Below, piece by piece: positions 18,773-29,688 of a stretch of DNA of 64,000 bases. The position numbers and the translations under genes were made by a program. How positions within the stretch are numbered: position 1 is the stretch's first letter; each line of letters opens with the position of its first letter. The DNA is taken from positions 7,391 to 71,390 of the forward strand of contig JAOAJN010000007.1 in assembly GCA_026414165.1 (NCBI GenBank), written 5' to 3'. The DNA comes from Candidatus Methanomethylicaceae archaeon (GTDB taxonomy: Archaea > Thermoproteota > Methanomethylicia > Methanomethylicales > Methanomethylicaceae). The notes under the pieces are model-generated. The model saw only the letters and a list, made by a program, of their open reading frames with translations. It searched no databases and was not told the DNA's origin.

Positions 18773-19970
18773 TGGCACCCTCTTTCCTTAAGGCATCTAT
18801 CTGCTCTTTTGTGTATCCTAGAAGATTTGTAAGGACTTCTTCGGTATGCTGCCCAAGTAACGGCGCAGGTTTGAAGGTCTTTATTGGGGTCTCCGAGAAC
18901 TTTATTGGGCATCCTGCGATTCGGACCTTCCCATACTGGGGTTGCTCGACTTCAACGATCATCTCCCTTGCCTTTGTGTGTGGATCTTCCACCGCCTCAG
19001 CAACGTTGTACACTGGAGCGGATGGTATGTCGTTCGCGAGGAGCAATTTAGCTATGTCCCAACGGGTCTTGTCCTGGGTCCACTCTTCAATTAGGGATTT
19101 TAGCACAGGCTCGTTCTTGCATCGGAGGGGGTTCGTGGCGAACCTCGGGTCGTTGATCCATTCAGGCTTACCTATCGCTGTGCAGAACCGCTTCCATATA
19201 GCATCGTTGCCAACCGCTATGACCACATATCCATCCTTAGCCTTGAAGACATCAAACGGGGTTATGGTTGGGTGCTTTGCTCCGATTCTGGTCGGTGGTT
19301 TACCCTCAAGTGTGTAGCGGATAACAGCATTTTCCAATACTGCGATCATTGAGTCCATCTGTGCAACATCTATTTTCTGACCTTTTCCAGTAATATCTCT
19401 GTACCTGAGGGCAGCGAGTACGCCTATGCATAGGAACATTCCAGCGATTATATCGCCAATTGAAGACCCTGCTCTGCATGGGGGTTTGTCGGGCCAGCCG
19501 TTCAGATCCATGAAGCCGCCCATAGCTTGACCAATTATGTCGTAGCTAGGCCACTGACTGTAAGGACCATAATGACCAAAGCCAGATCCGCAGGCATATA
19601 TTAAGCGGGGATTCACCTTCTTGAGCTCTTCGTATCCAATACCCCATTCGTCTAAAGTTCCGGGCTTGAAGTTCTCAATCAAGACGTCGCTCTTCTTAAC
19701 CAACTCTTTGAGTATTTCTTTTGCTTTTGGACTCTTTAGGTTTAGTGTTATACCCTTCTGGTTTCTGTGGATGCTCACGAAGTAACCACTCTTGTCAGGA
19801 CCCTGAACATTAGGGAAGAATGGTCCCCACTCTCTGTTCATATCTCCAGTACCCGGGCGTTCAATTTTTATAACCTCGGCTCCCAAGTCTGCCAACAACA
19901 TTCCGCAGTAGGGTCCAAAGAGGGCGCCTGTTACACTTAAAACACGTATTCCTTCTAAAGGCCTCTGCAA
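18768..19970 (-). CDS. family III CoA-transferase (CaiB/BaiF, formyl-CoA transferase-like)
   Basis: PLEGIRVLSVTGALFGPYCGMLLADLGAEVIKIERP at the N-terminus; ~400 aa. Confidence 0.8.
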   Translation of the reverse strand: MQRPLEGIRVLSVTGALFGPYCGMLLADLGAEVIKIERPGTGDMNREWGPFFPNVQGPDKSGYFVSIHRNQKGITLNLKSPKAKEILKELVKKSDVLIENFKPGTLDEWGIGYEELKKVNPRLIYACGSGFGHYGPYSQWPSYDIIGQAMGGFMDLNGWPDKPPCRAGSSIGDIIAGMFLCIGVLAALRYRDITGKGQKIDVAQMDSMIAVLENAVIRYTLEGKPPTRIGAKHPTITPFDVFKAKDGYVVIAVGNDAIWKRFCTAIGKPEWINDPRFATNPLRCKNEPVLKSLIEEWTQDKTRWDIAKLLLANDIPSAPVYNVAEAVEDPHTKAREMIVEVEQPQYGKVRIAGCPIKFSETPIKTFKPAPLLGQHTEEVLTNLLGYTKEQIDALRKEGAI

Positions 19971-20178
19971 GGTTAATCACTCCTACAGTGTGACCAAAAC
20001 ATAATCCTATAAATAAGAGTTTTGATTTTGTTGAATCAAGATTGAAATGACAACTTTTATTATTTCGAGCGCTAAATGGATTAATAATTCCTAGAATCCA
20101 ATGGTCCGTATAGAGTTACAAGCCATGAAAGGAAGAAAAGTGAAAGATTATGAAATCGTTTTGGATTTGGTGGTCTTC

Positions 20179-20943
20179 ATGAGTTTGGTGGCGGAGGGCG
20201 CAGACGTTCTCCTTTATTTGAATGATCGTAAGAGCTGGATATTGAAGGTTGAAAAGGGCAAGAAGTTCCACACCCATAAAGGCATTGTAGAACTCGAGGA
20301 GTTGATAGGTAAGCCCTACGGCTCAGAGGTTGTGACAAGTTTAGGAATAACTTTGAAGGTCCTGCCTGCAGACTACTTGGACCATTTGGAAAGAATAGCA
20401 AGGAAGACCCAGATCATCTATCCAAAAGACATGGCATATATAGCTCTGGTAGCGAATGTTAGACCCGGCTCAAAAATAGTAGAGTGCGGGACGGGTAGCG
20501 GCGCACTGACCAGCTATCTGGCGAGCATGGTCAGACCAGATGGTAAAGTCTTCACCTATGAAGTCAGAGAGGATTTTCAGGAGAATGCGAAGAAGAATTT
20601 GGAGAAGCTTAGTCTGGAAAAATTTGTGGAGTTTAAACTCAAGGACATAACAAAAGGAATTGATGAAAAGGAGGTCGATGCTGTGATCTTAGATATGGCA
20701 ACTCCTTGGCTTGTTGTCGAAGAAGCATATAAGGCGCTAAGGATCGGAGGAAGATTGGTTAGTTTTAGTCCTACCATAAATCAGGTTGAGAAGACAGTCG
20801 AAGCGATGGAAAAAGCGCAGTTTATAAATATAAAGGCAGTGGAATTGATTATGAGAGGGTATAAGGTCAAGGTCAATGAGACCAGACCGGACACCTTAAT
20901 GATAGGCCACACAGGATATATCGTCTCTGGGAGGCGATGTTGA
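20179..20943 (+). CDS. trmI: tRNA (adenine-N1)-methyltransferase TrmI (Gcd14 family)
   Basis: EGADVLLYLNDRKSWILKVEKGKKFHTHKGIV N-terminal domain and SAM motif VECGTGSGALT. Start moved to the internal ATG at 20179. Confidence 0.8.
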   Translation: MSLVAEGADVLLYLNDRKSWILKVEKGKKFHTHKGIVELEELIGKPYGSEVVTSLGITLKVLPADYLDHLERIARKTQIIYPKDMAYIALVANVRPGSKIVECGTGSGALTSYLASMVRPDGKVFTYEVREDFQENAKKNLEKLSLEKFVEFKLKDITKGIDEKEVDAVILDMATPWLVVEEAYKALRIGGRLVSFSPTINQVEKTVEAMEKAQFINIKAVELIMRGYKVKVNETRPDTLMIGHTGYIVSGRRC

Positions 20944-20944
20944 C

Positions 20945-21268
20945 TTGGAGCGGGTAATTATAGCGCTGAAAAAAGTTGAGGAGGAAGCCGATGCTATAGA
21001 GTCTGAGAGTAAAAGAATCGCGACAGAAGTTGTGAGAAGGGCTGAGGAAGAGGCAAGAAAGATGGAGAAAGAGATCGAGGATGAAGCCCAGAAGGAGGGC
21101 GAAAGATTATTTTCAGAGAAGATCGAGGAGGCGAAAATGAAGGCGGTTGAGATAAAGCGCAAGGCCGACGAAGAGGGAGAAGTCATCAAGAGAAAGGCGG
21201 AGAATAATCTAGAGAAAGGCGTAGAGGAGATAGTTAAGGTCGCGGTAGAACGGTTCAGGAAGATCTAG
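20945..21268 (+). CDS. atpH: A-type ATP synthase subunit H (peripheral stalk, V-ATPase G-like)
   Basis: 107 aa, all-helical and E/K/A-rich (EEEADAIESESKRIATEVVRRAEEEARKMEKEIEDEA). Sits immediately upstream of atpC. Confidence 0.65.
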   Translation: MERVIIALKKVEEEADAIESESKRIATEVVRRAEEEARKMEKEIEDEAQKEGERLFSEKIEEAKMKAVEIKRKADEEGEVIKRKAENNLEKGVEEIVKVAVERFRKI

Positions 21269-21283
21269 TAGGAGGTGTTAATT

Positions 21284-22201
21284 TTGTCAATCTCCTACGC
21301 GGTAGTTAAAGCAGCCGCGAGGAAGGGGCAACTCCTCCCCGAACAACAGATTTTAGATCTGACATCATCGAAGGATCTCAAAGAACTTATTAATAAATTG
21401 AAGGATAGGTACCCGTCTCTACTGACATTAGGGCCTGTTCCAAGCGTAGAGGCGATTGAAAAGACCATTTTCGAGGCTTTTTGTGGAGAGGTGGAAGAGT
21501 TCGTAGAGATGTTCCCCAAAGCTGGAAAGATCTTAAGGTTATTTGAACAGGAGATAGATGAAGAAAAAAATGCCAAAGAATTGATAGAGGTTCTCACTGA
21601 AAGAAAGAAGGAATACGTGGAACTTGTGTCAAGACTTCGTCAAAAGGGATATGATGAAGAGATAAAAGAAAGTGAGAGAATTTTTCAGAAATATGGCATT
21701 CCAAGTCTGGTCATTTCAGCGTTTGCAAAATGCAGACTTTTGAAGTTGAGGAAGTTTTTGAAAGGATATAAGGCAGGTGTTTCAGAAGTTCTTGCTGAAT
21801 ATGTTGGGCTGAAGGTTGACGAGTTCAATTTTAATACTGTAATAAGAGGGATCAAAAACAACATAAGAAGAGATGCGCTGGAAGAGCTGCTGATACCGGA
21901 CGGTAGGCGCTTCGGGTATGCACTTCTAAAAGAAGCCATTAAAGCTCCCGATGTAAAGAAGGCGGTCGCAACCCTAGGATACGGCGCATATCAAGATGAT
22001 TTAAGATCCCTCGAGAGAGTGCTAGAGCGAGAAGTTAGGAGAATTTTGACGAGGGCTTACTATAATGGGTACACAAACCTTGCCGCAGTTATCGGTTATC
22101 TAGAGCTTAAAAAAATTGAAGTTATGAATGTGGTCAGGATAGTCAAATGTATAAGTAGAGGGATCGAGTCAAAAAGGATCGTATCGGAATTCTTGTTTTG
22201 A
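21284..22201 (+). CDS. atpC: A-type ATP synthase subunit C (V-ATPase d-like)
   Basis: ~305 aa helical protein next to atpH, with the C-terminal VIGYLELKKIEVMNVVRIV typical of AC39/subunit C. I prefer the TTG at 21284, which lies 6 nt after GGAGGTG. The ORF track starts at the GTG at 21275. Confidence 0.7.
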   Translation: MSISYAVVKAAARKGQLLPEQQILDLTSSKDLKELINKLKDRYPSLLTLGPVPSVEAIEKTIFEAFCGEVEEFVEMFPKAGKILRLFEQEIDEEKNAKELIEVLTERKKEYVELVSRLRQKGYDEEIKESERIFQKYGIPSLVISAFAKCRLLKLRKFLKGYKAGVSEVLAEYVGLKVDEFNFNTVIRGIKNNIRRDALEELLIPDGRRFGYALLKEAIKAPDVKKAVATLGYGAYQDDLRSLERVLEREVRRILTRAYYNGYTNLAAVIGYLELKKIEVMNVVRIVKCISRGIESKRIVSEFLF

Positions 22202-22208
22202 ATTCTTA

Positions 22209-24122
22209 TTATTTTTTAAGAATGGGCACCCCAAATGTCAGCTTGAAAGGTGAAAATCTCACGCCGCCATCTTCATAGAATTTGCTGAACCACTCATAGA
22301 AGTGGAGCCTCAGATCCTGCGCTAGAACCAATATTCCCTCCAGTAATACCACAAAGATGTTGCCAAGAGCCGCCAATATGGCAGAAACCACCATTCCCAC
22401 CATACCTCCCCCTGCAATTGTACCAAGACTGTAGAAAACTGCAGTCAGCTGTATGTGGGCCATCACCATGGCAAAGATCCTCAGGTATGACACGGTATTC
22501 GAAACAAAACGTATCATGGTATCAAAAACTTCAAATCCGATCTCCCCAAACACAGAGAGAAACTCCTTTCTGCCGTGTCTTATAAGTGCCCATACGGGTT
22601 TCCCGACAAGCATAAAGATCGCCGGACCGAGTATGAAGAATATTGGACCAGTGAACCACCGATTGAGATTCAGACCAAAATTAAATACGACATACATGAA
22701 AAGAAGGTACAAAAGTAATTTTGGTGTATTGACTAAAAATGCGTCTACCTTCTTCTTTTGTATCAAGTTATTTATTACCATTATAGCTAGACCTAATGAG
22801 ATCTGAGCTACACCTATGTAAAGCGAGAACTTGAACAGAGACATTAGATCTTCTCCTGGCGAGAATACAGTATGATAACCTATGTGCTTCCCAAAGGCTT
22901 CGCCATAAAGTGTTGCACCAACAATTGCCCCAGCAATTCCGCAGATCATTAGGAATATGCCGATCTTGGACATGGATTTAGTGTATTTATAGAAGATGAA
23001 ACCTAATGCGGCCAACATTAGCCCGTGACCTAGATCTCCAAACATTAGACCAAAAAAAACTGGAAAGGTAATTGCCAGAATTGGGGTGGGGTTTAATTCT
23101 GTATAGGATGGTACGCCGTATAGGTTTGTGATACTCTCAAATAACCTGAAGAATTTTGGGTATCTGAAAACCACAGGTACTTGGGGTGAAGAGTGCTCCT
23201 CTTTAGAAAAGAAGACTATGCGCCCATTGAGTCTGGCTTGGAGGTCGCCAATTAATGCAGATAAATTTTTGCTAGGGACGTATCCCTCTAAGATCATCCA
23301 TCGCTTCTCGAATGTAGCAACTTCTCTAATCGATATTAAGGAGTTGGCATCGCATAAAATCGCCTTAAGATAAAGCAACTTGGGTAGATAGGCGGTAAAG
23401 GAGCGACGGAATTCTTCATTCTTGAGGGATATCTCTTTAAGCTTTTTCTCAGCGGATTCGATGACCTTTGAAAGTTCATTTAAGTTGTCTGGCATATCCT
23501 CCAATACAGGCATTTGTGCATAGCCAGCCTCTTCTGCAGCGCGTCTTAGCTTATCCAAATCCTCCTTCATACATACTGCTAGGACCGTTGCAGGTTTCAA
23601 TGTTACAGTTAGTACTATAGAGGGGTGGGGTAGCAATAAAGAAAGAGAGGTTGGGCGATGCTCTTTTTGATATAAGGGTAAAAAAACAAGTCTTTTAAAA
23701 GAGGAGAAGATCTCGAGTGGTAGAGTTTTTTGCAGGTTGGCAATAAAAGGAGACCAAACACTAATAGAGAATTTAAGCTTCTCTTCGGTTTTAATAGAGA
23801 CGTCTATTTCCTTAACCTCGCGCTCGTGCCTACTGATCTCTTTTTCTACTTCGTCCAGAAATGAGTTCCAGTCCTGAGCTTCTATGGACACAGCCTTTGG
23901 CGGGGGCAGTTCAGATGAGCCTGAAATCACTTTAGACTGTTCGATTAATACTTCAAGACGATTGAGGAGTGCAGAGGACCTATTCAAAATATCAGATGTA
24001 GGTTCGCTGCTTTTTATAGTTATGTGGAAGGCGCCTTGCTTATTTAAAGAATCCAATACTTCTTCAGTATCACTTTTTAAGAAAAGTAAGGTAGTCTTAG
24101 ACATCCGCTCTGGGCGCAGCAT
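22209..24122 (-). CDS. atpI: A-type ATP synthase subunit I (membrane a-subunit)
   Basis: Soluble N-terminal half and polytopic C-terminal half with LRLHFYEWFSKFYEDGG. Start set at MLRPERMSK (24122), just after the atpK stop. Confidence 0.85.
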   Translation of the reverse strand: MLRPERMSKTTLLFLKSDTEEVLDSLNKQGAFHITIKSSEPTSDILNRSSALLNRLEVLIEQSKVISGSSELPPPKAVSIEAQDWNSFLDEVEKEISRHEREVKEIDVSIKTEEKLKFSISVWSPFIANLQKTLPLEIFSSFKRLVFLPLYQKEHRPTSLSLLLPHPSIVLTVTLKPATVLAVCMKEDLDKLRRAAEEAGYAQMPVLEDMPDNLNELSKVIESAEKKLKEISLKNEEFRRSFTAYLPKLLYLKAILCDANSLISIREVATFEKRWMILEGYVPSKNLSALIGDLQARLNGRIVFFSKEEHSSPQVPVVFRYPKFFRLFESITNLYGVPSYTELNPTPILAITFPVFFGLMFGDLGHGLMLAALGFIFYKYTKSMSKIGIFLMICGIAGAIVGATLYGEAFGKHIGYHTVFSPGEDLMSLFKFSLYIGVAQISLGLAIMVINNLIQKKKVDAFLVNTPKLLLYLLFMYVVFNFGLNLNRWFTGPIFFILGPAIFMLVGKPVWALIRHGRKEFLSVFGEIGFEVFDTMIRFVSNTVSYLRIFAMVMAHIQLTAVFYSLGTIAGGGMVGMVVSAILAALGNIFVVLLEGILVLAQDLRLHFYEWFSKFYEDGGVRFSPFKLTFGVPILKK

Positions 24123-24136
24123 CAAAGACACCCAGA

Positions 24137-24547
<411 letters not shown>

Positions 24548-24673
24548 TTATAAAACTTCCTTATATAATTCATCCTTCTTCTGTTCTATTCTCTTGGATA
24601 AATTAAGGAGTGAGTCGTTTATCTCCTTCTTTATTTCTGACCTTTTGGACTCGTACATACTCTTTATTCGCAT
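24548..24673 (-). CDS. candidate 41-codon ORF between atpD and atpK (MRIKSMYESKRSEIKKEINDSLLNLSKRIEQKKDELYKEVL)
   Basis: Hand-translated. The ATG lies 10 nt after the atpD stop, on the same strand as the operon. The predicted peptide is charged and helical. It is too short for the ORF track and has no family support. Confidence 0.25.
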   Translation of the reverse strand: MRIKSMYESKRSEIKKEINDSLLNLSKRIEQKKDELYKEVL

Positions 24674-24683
24674 GATGAAATCG

Positions 24684-25322
24684 TCACCCATAGGCCACCA
24701 CCTGTTTTGTCTTCTTTTCTAATAGTGTTTTTACTTTCTTCACCCTAACAAATTCTTCCCTGTCTCTCTCCTCCAAGATCGCAGATATCATTGACACCAT
24801 ATTCTGGTATCTTGGTATTAGAAACTGCTCTAAAGCGTTAATCCGGTGCTGAGTCTTCTTGACTTCCTCGACGAGTCTTATTAGCACGCTTTCCAGCTCG
24901 GCAAGTCTCAGGGTCATAGGCAGGATCTCGTCAAACTTCTCAATAAATTGGTCCAAAAGAATTGTAGGTTTGGATATACCATAAGTCAGCGGGTTAGACT
25001 CTTTTAAGAGTTCGAGCGAAAGTACTGATACGCCCATAATCTTCTTCTTCGAAACTGTTATATCATAATCATATCGAGGAGTTTTACTTATCAAGCTCAT
25101 TTCCCTTGCACCGATAATTACGCTTGCGGCGTCTAATAGCGCATAGGCGCTTCGCAGTTGTTCATTCAACTGAGATCTGAGCTTCGTTGCCTCACCTATC
25201 CTCCTGTTTAATTCCAAGAGCAGGATCTCGCGTTTTTCTTCCAATAGGTCGTGTGCCCTCCTGAGAAAAGCGAGGGTCCTTTTGAAGCGGATCAAGTTCA
25301 TTTTTGAGGGGGCGACCCTCAT
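24684..25322 (-). CDS. atpD: A-type ATP synthase subunit D (central stalk)
   Basis: MRVAPSKMNLIRFKRTLAFLRRAHDLLEEKREILLLEL. The internal ATG at 25322 lies 11 nt after the atpB stop. Confidence 0.85.
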   Translation of the reverse strand: MRVAPSKMNLIRFKRTLAFLRRAHDLLEEKREILLLELNRRIGEATKLRSQLNEQLRSAYALLDAASVIIGAREMSLISKTPRYDYDITVSKKKIMGVSVLSLELLKESNPLTYGISKPTILLDQFIEKFDEILPMTLRLAELESVLIRLVEEVKKTQHRINALEQFLIPRYQNMVSMISAILEERDREEFVRVKKVKTLLEKKTKQVVAYG

Positions 25323-25333
25323 TGACAAAGGGC

Positions 25334-26728
25334 TCACGTCCTCTTGTAATACATTTTTACGAAACGATCTGGAATTCTTGTAAGTTCGGTTTCTGGTAGA
25401 AGCGAGAGCTGCTCCCATGCCAGTGTTAAGGTGGTCTCAAGGCTCCTGTTCTCATCAATCCCTTGGTTCAAGAATTTGCGTTCGAAGCTGTCTCCGAAGC
25501 GGAGGTAGGCCCTGTCTTTCTCTGTCAACCCTTCCTCGCCTATTATTGCACTCAGGGACCTAAGTTCTTGAGCCCTCGCGTATGCTGAGTAGAGTTGGCT
25601 TGCGACTGGCCCATGATCCTCCCTCGTCTTTCCTTTGCCGATTCCGTCTTTCATAAGCCTTGACAGGCTTGGAAGGATGTTGATCGGGGGGTATATGCCG
25701 CGCCTATGCAGGTCTCTGTCCAAGACGATCTGACCTTCAGTGATGTAGCCTGTTAGATCAGGGATAGGGTGAGTGATGTCGTCGTTTGGCATGGTTAGTA
25801 CAGGCATCTGGGTTATGCTACCTTTTCTTCCTTTGATCCTGCCAGCACGTTCGTATATTGATGCGAAGTCACTGTACATGTACCCCGGGTATCCTTTCCT
25901 GCTGGGCACTTCCTCCCTAGCGGCGCTTATCTCACGCAGTGCCTCTGCGTAGTTCGTCATGTCCGTCAAGATCACCAAAACGTGCATATCTTGCTCAAAT
26001 GCAAGGTATTCCGCAAGTGTGAGGGCGCTCCTCGGGGTGACCAAACGCTCCACGGGCGGATCGTCAGCCAAATTCAGGAATATGGCCGAGTTCTTAAGCG
26101 CTCCAGACTCTTCGAAGCTCCTCTTGAAGAAAGCAGCCTCGTCGTGCTTAATACCCATGGCAACGAATACTACCGCAAAGCTCACCTCCTCTCCAACGAT
26201 CGTTGCTTGTCTCGCGATCTGAGTTGCGAGAAGGTTGTGAGGTAGACCAGAACCTGAGAATATAGGCAGTTTCTGCCCTCTCACTAATGTGTCCATACCA
26301 TCGATAGCAGATACCCCTGTTTGTATGAACTGCGTTGGGTAGTCCCTAGAATAGGGATTCATTGGAAGACCATTTACATCCCTATACTCTTCTGTGAAGG
26401 GCGCAGGTCCACCATCTATGGGCTCTCCGAGACCGTTAAAGACTCTTCCTAACATTTCAGTGGAGAGAGGTATTGTTAGGGGTTTACCAAGGAAGCGAAC
26501 CGAGGTGGAGGTTGTGGATAAACCAGTCGTTCCTTCAAAGACCTCAACCGCAGCCACGCCCCTGTTTATCTCGAGCACTCTCCCCCTTCTTAGTCCCCCC
26601 TCCGCGTCCTTTACTTCAACAAGTTCGTTAAAACCTACATCCGATACGCCCTCCACGAAGATCAGAGGACCGCTTATCTTCTGTACGCTTCTATATTCAA
26701 CACTAAAGCTCATATCAGATCCCCTCAC
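25334..26728 (-). CDS. atpB: A-type ATP synthase subunit B
   Basis: [46 protein letters not shown]. Confidence 0.95.
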   Translation of the reverse strand: MRGSDMSFSVEYRSVQKISGPLIFVEGVSDVGFNELVEVKDAEGGLRRGRVLEINRGVAAVEVFEGTTGLSTTSTSVRFLGKPLTIPLSTEMLGRVFNGLGEPIDGGPAPFTEEYRDVNGLPMNPYSRDYPTQFIQTGVSAIDGMDTLVRGQKLPIFSGSGLPHNLLATQIARQATIVGEEVSFAVVFVAMGIKHDEAAFFKRSFEESGALKNSAIFLNLADDPPVERLVTPRSALTLAEYLAFEQDMHVLVILTDMTNYAEALREISAAREEVPSRKGYPGYMYSDFASIYERAGRIKGRKGSITQMPVLTMPNDDITHPIPDLTGYITEGQIVLDRDLHRRGIYPPINILPSLSRLMKDGIGKGKTREDHGPVASQLYSAYARAQELRSLSAIIGEEGLTEKDRAYLRFGDSFERKFLNQGIDENRSLETTLTLAWEQLSLLPETELTRIPDRFVKMYYKRT

Positions 26729-28487
26729 CAGTCAGTCGTTTAATATCAGCCTGAATCCTTTCTAGGAATCGATCTATCTCCTCCGCCTTCTCATTTGGTA
26801 CGGACATCCTAACTTTCGCCAAATCAGTAACGGATGTTAATGAAGATATCTTGGAAACGGGAGTCCCCTTCGAAAGAGCTTTCAGGGCTATCTCGTGGAA
26901 TTGGAGTATTGCCGACAAAAGTTTGAACTGCTTTTCTGGGGAAGAATATGTGTCTACGGGGTCGTAGGCATTCTGCTGCAAGAAGCCCTCCCTGAGGAGT
27001 CTCGCAGTCTCCATTATCAGTTTCTCAGTTTCTGGGAGAGACTCTATGCCCACCAGGCGTATGACTTCCTTGAGGTCGTCCTCCTTCTTCAGGATGTCAA
27101 GCGCTTTGAGGCGGAGCTCCTTCCACCTGCCATTGGTCCTCTCATTCCACCACTTCTCCACATAGTCAGTATATTCGGAATAAGATGTTAGCCAGTTTAT
27201 CGCAGGATAGTGGCGCATGCTTGCCAAAGCGCTGTCCAGCGCCCAGAAGGCTCTGACGAACCTCTTGGTATGAACAGTAACTGGTTCTGAAAAGTCGCCA
27301 CCAGGCGGAGATACCGCCCCTACAAGTGTTACCGATCCGTAAAGTCCGCTGAGGGACTTCACCCTACCGGCTCGCTCGTAAAATTCACCTAACCTTGATG
27401 CGAGGTATGATGGGTAGCCTTCCTCGGCAGGCATCTCCTCAAGCCTGCCTGAGATCTCCCTCAATGCTTCAGCCCAACGACTAGTAGAGTCTGCCATAAC
27501 TCCCACGTTATATCCCATATCCCGGAAGTATTCAGCGATCGTCACTCCTGTGTATATGCTGGCTTCCCTCGCTGCCACAGGCATGTTGCTTGTATTCGCT
27601 ATAAGGACGGTCCTCTCCATTAGAGGTCTGCCACTCCGAGGGTCTTTCCATTCGGGGAAATTAATGAGTACCTCAGTCATCTCGTTGCCGCGCTCGCCGC
27701 AACCAATGTATATAATCACCTCGCAGTCAGACCATGCTGCCAACTGGTGAGAGGTTATTGTCTTGCCTGTGCCGAATCCCCCAGGTATGCTGACCGCCCC
27801 GCCCTTCGCAACGGGGAAGAACATATCAATGATTCGCTGACCAGTGATCAATGGTTCTGACGGTTCAAGGCGTTCGATGTATGGGCGTGGCTTTCTTACG
27901 GGCCATTTATGATACATCTTGAGCTCGTAAATCTCTCCGTCCTTGGAGAGTTTGGCGATGCAATCTTCTATTGTGTATTCCCCTTCGTCGGCGATAAAAT
28001 CGATTTTACCTTCTCTATTCGGAGGCACCAGTATTCGGTGCTCCAGCAAAGGCGTCTCTTGGACTTTGCCTACGATAGTGCCAGGTGCGGCGTAATCGCC
28101 TATCTTCTTCAAAGGAACGAAGTGCCACTTCTTATCCCTAGGGAGCGCAGTTGCCTTAACCCCCCTTCTGACGAAGTCGCCCGTGGCATCCCTTATTACC
28201 GTCAATGGGCGCTGTATACCGTCAAATATGCTCTGTAGAAGACCTGGACCCAACTCCACGGCAAGGGGCATCCCAGAACCTTTTACGGGCTCACCTAGCT
28301 TCAGACCCGCTGTATCCTCATAAACTTGAATGGTGGCCAAGTCGCCCTCCACTCTGACGACCTCGCCGATCAGTTCCTCGTTTCCCACCATTGTTAATTC
28401 ATGCATTTCTAAACCTGCAACTCCTTCGGCTTGGACCACAGGACCGCTTATTTTTGTGATTCTGCCAATTTTTGCCATATAAATCAC
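26715..28487 (-). CDS. atpA: A-type ATP synthase catalytic subunit A
   Basis: Walker [39 protein letters not shown]. At 590 aa there is no intein-sized insertion. Confidence 0.95.
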   Translation of the reverse strand: MIYMAKIGRITKISGPVVQAEGVAGLEMHELTMVGNEELIGEVVRVEGDLATIQVYEDTAGLKLGEPVKGSGMPLAVELGPGLLQSIFDGIQRPLTVIRDATGDFVRRGVKATALPRDKKWHFVPLKKIGDYAAPGTIVGKVQETPLLEHRILVPPNREGKIDFIADEGEYTIEDCIAKLSKDGEIYELKMYHKWPVRKPRPYIERLEPSEPLITGQRIIDMFFPVAKGGAVSIPGGFGTGKTITSHQLAAWSDCEVIIYIGCGERGNEMTEVLINFPEWKDPRSGRPLMERTVLIANTSNMPVAAREASIYTGVTIAEYFRDMGYNVGVMADSTSRWAEALREISGRLEEMPAEEGYPSYLASRLGEFYERAGRVKSLSGLYGSVTLVGAVSPPGGDFSEPVTVHTKRFVRAFWALDSALASMRHYPAINWLTSYSEYTDYVEKWWNERTNGRWKELRLKALDILKKEDDLKEVIRLVGIESLPETEKLIMETARLLREGFLQQNAYDPVDTYSSPEKQFKLLSAILQFHEIALKALSKGTPVSKISSLTSVTDLAKVRMSVPNEKAEEIDRFLERIQADIKRLTGEGI

Positions 28488-29098
28488 CCAAAGAGGATTG
28501 AGGCAACTCTCGATCGCAACATATGTCTTTCCTCACTCAAGATACTCTCAAAGGTTCGATCTAAGAATATTTTTTTGTCTGCTGAGACTATGATGAAGCC
28601 GCCTATATCTATGGGGTGCGGCTTGATTTGTAAATCCTTTCCAAAGATCTTCTTAAGATTGCCAAGACCAATTCTTTTTATATCCTTCTCCCTCATCAAT
28701 ATCTCACCCACTGGGACGGCTTTTGATAGTTTTTTCAGGTTGTTGACTAGGTCTGAGATGTACTCCTCAGTGTCACAATAACTAACTAGCCTTGAGCGTG
28801 CTTCTTTGAAGGCTCTTTCAACGTAGGACTCTCTCAAATTCAGAAGGTTCATGCGTGCCTCCACTTCAGATCTTGAGATCTCCTTCCTAGACTCAATCTC
28901 GGCTTTCTCATGATAGGTCGAGAGGATCTCCTGACATCGGTTTATAGAGAACCTTTCAGATTCTTCTAAAGTACTAACAACTTTCTCTGCAGCTTCATTA
29001 AGGGTCGAGAGAGCCTTAGACTTTGCCTCATCAAATATTTTGTCCACCATCTTCTTGAAAGCTTCGATCTGTGAATCCAAGGAGGGTTCTTGGCTCAT
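28484..29098 (-). CDS. atpE: A-type ATP synthase subunit E
   Basis: 204 aa with a long N-terminal helix and a C-terminal [22 protein letters not shown]...ILFG. Overlaps atpA by 4 nt. Confidence 0.75.
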   Translation of the reverse strand: MSQEPSLDSQIEAFKKMVDKIFDEAKSKALSTLNEAAEKVVSTLEESERFSINRCQEILSTYHEKAEIESRKEISRSEVEARMNLLNLRESYVERAFKEARSRLVSYCDTEEYISDLVNNLKKLSKAVPVGEILMREKDIKRIGLGNLKKIFGKDLQIKPHPIDIGGFIIVSADKKIFLDRTFESILSEERHMLRSRVASILFG

Positions 29099-29394
29099 AC
29101 CTTGACACCCATCATCCGGCTTATCATTGACTTCAAATCAACCTCCGCAGAGGTCTTTCTTCCAGGGACTTCCATTATAATGGGTAAGACTCGCTTGATC
29201 TTTAAAGAGGAGACGATCTCCGGAGCCATGGAGGAGTAGTCGCTGTCAAGCAAGATAACTCCAACATCGTCCATCTTCAACGCATTCTCAAGGGATGCTA
29301 AAAATTCCTCCTTCGAGGAGACAGGGACGCCCTTGACCCCTGAGAGGCTGTAGCCCTGCGATAGAGTGGCGTCTCCAATGAACAGGATCTTCAT
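29095..29394 (-). CDS. atpF: A-type ATP synthase subunit F
   Basis: MKILFIGDATLSQGYSLSGVKGV; 99 aa. Overlaps atpE by 4 nt. Confidence 0.8.
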   Translation of the reverse strand: MKILFIGDATLSQGYSLSGVKGVPVSSKEEFLASLENALKMDDVGVILLDSDYSSMAPEIVSSLKIKRVLPIIMEVPGRKTSAEVDLKSMISRMMGVKV

Positions 29395-29413
29395 CGATTA
29401 TCACTTTATTATA

Positions 29414-29677
29414 TTACTGGGTTTCAGATCCTATAAGAGCTTTTACCTTCTTTAGTTTTTCTATTAGCCTGTCGTACTTCGCAACCGGCTCAACTATAAG
29501 ACCCAGGTCTTGAATGGCTTTGATGCCATCTATGGAGTAGATAGGTGCCTCTATCTTGATAGGCTCGTCAAACGGATTGCCCACGACATAGTCCCTATAA
29601 GGCAGGTTGGCCCTATGCTCAACAACATAACCACCGAGGGTTATTGCGTGTTTTCCTCTAATAACGATTTTTGGCAT
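29414..29677 (-). CDS. small soluble hypothetical protein, last gene of the hydrogenase operon
   Basis: 87 aa from the internal ATG at 29677 (MPKIVIRGKHAITLGG...), preceded by AGGAGGTG. It lies 11 nt after the NuoH-like gene and 19 nt before atpF. I recognise no family. Confidence 0.5.
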   Translation of the reverse strand: MPKIVIRGKHAITLGGYVVEHRANLPYRDYVVGNPFDEPIKIEAPIYSIDGIKAIQDLGLIVEPVAKYDRLIEKLKKVKALIGSETQ

Positions 29678-29688
29678 AGTAACACCTC

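Noticed and set aside
20023-20040. Palindrome TTGATTttgttgAATCAA in the CoA-transferase/trmI divergent spacer
   Set aside because: It is a single short 6-bp-arm inverted repeat in AT-rich DNA, with no second copy and nothing further to support a function.
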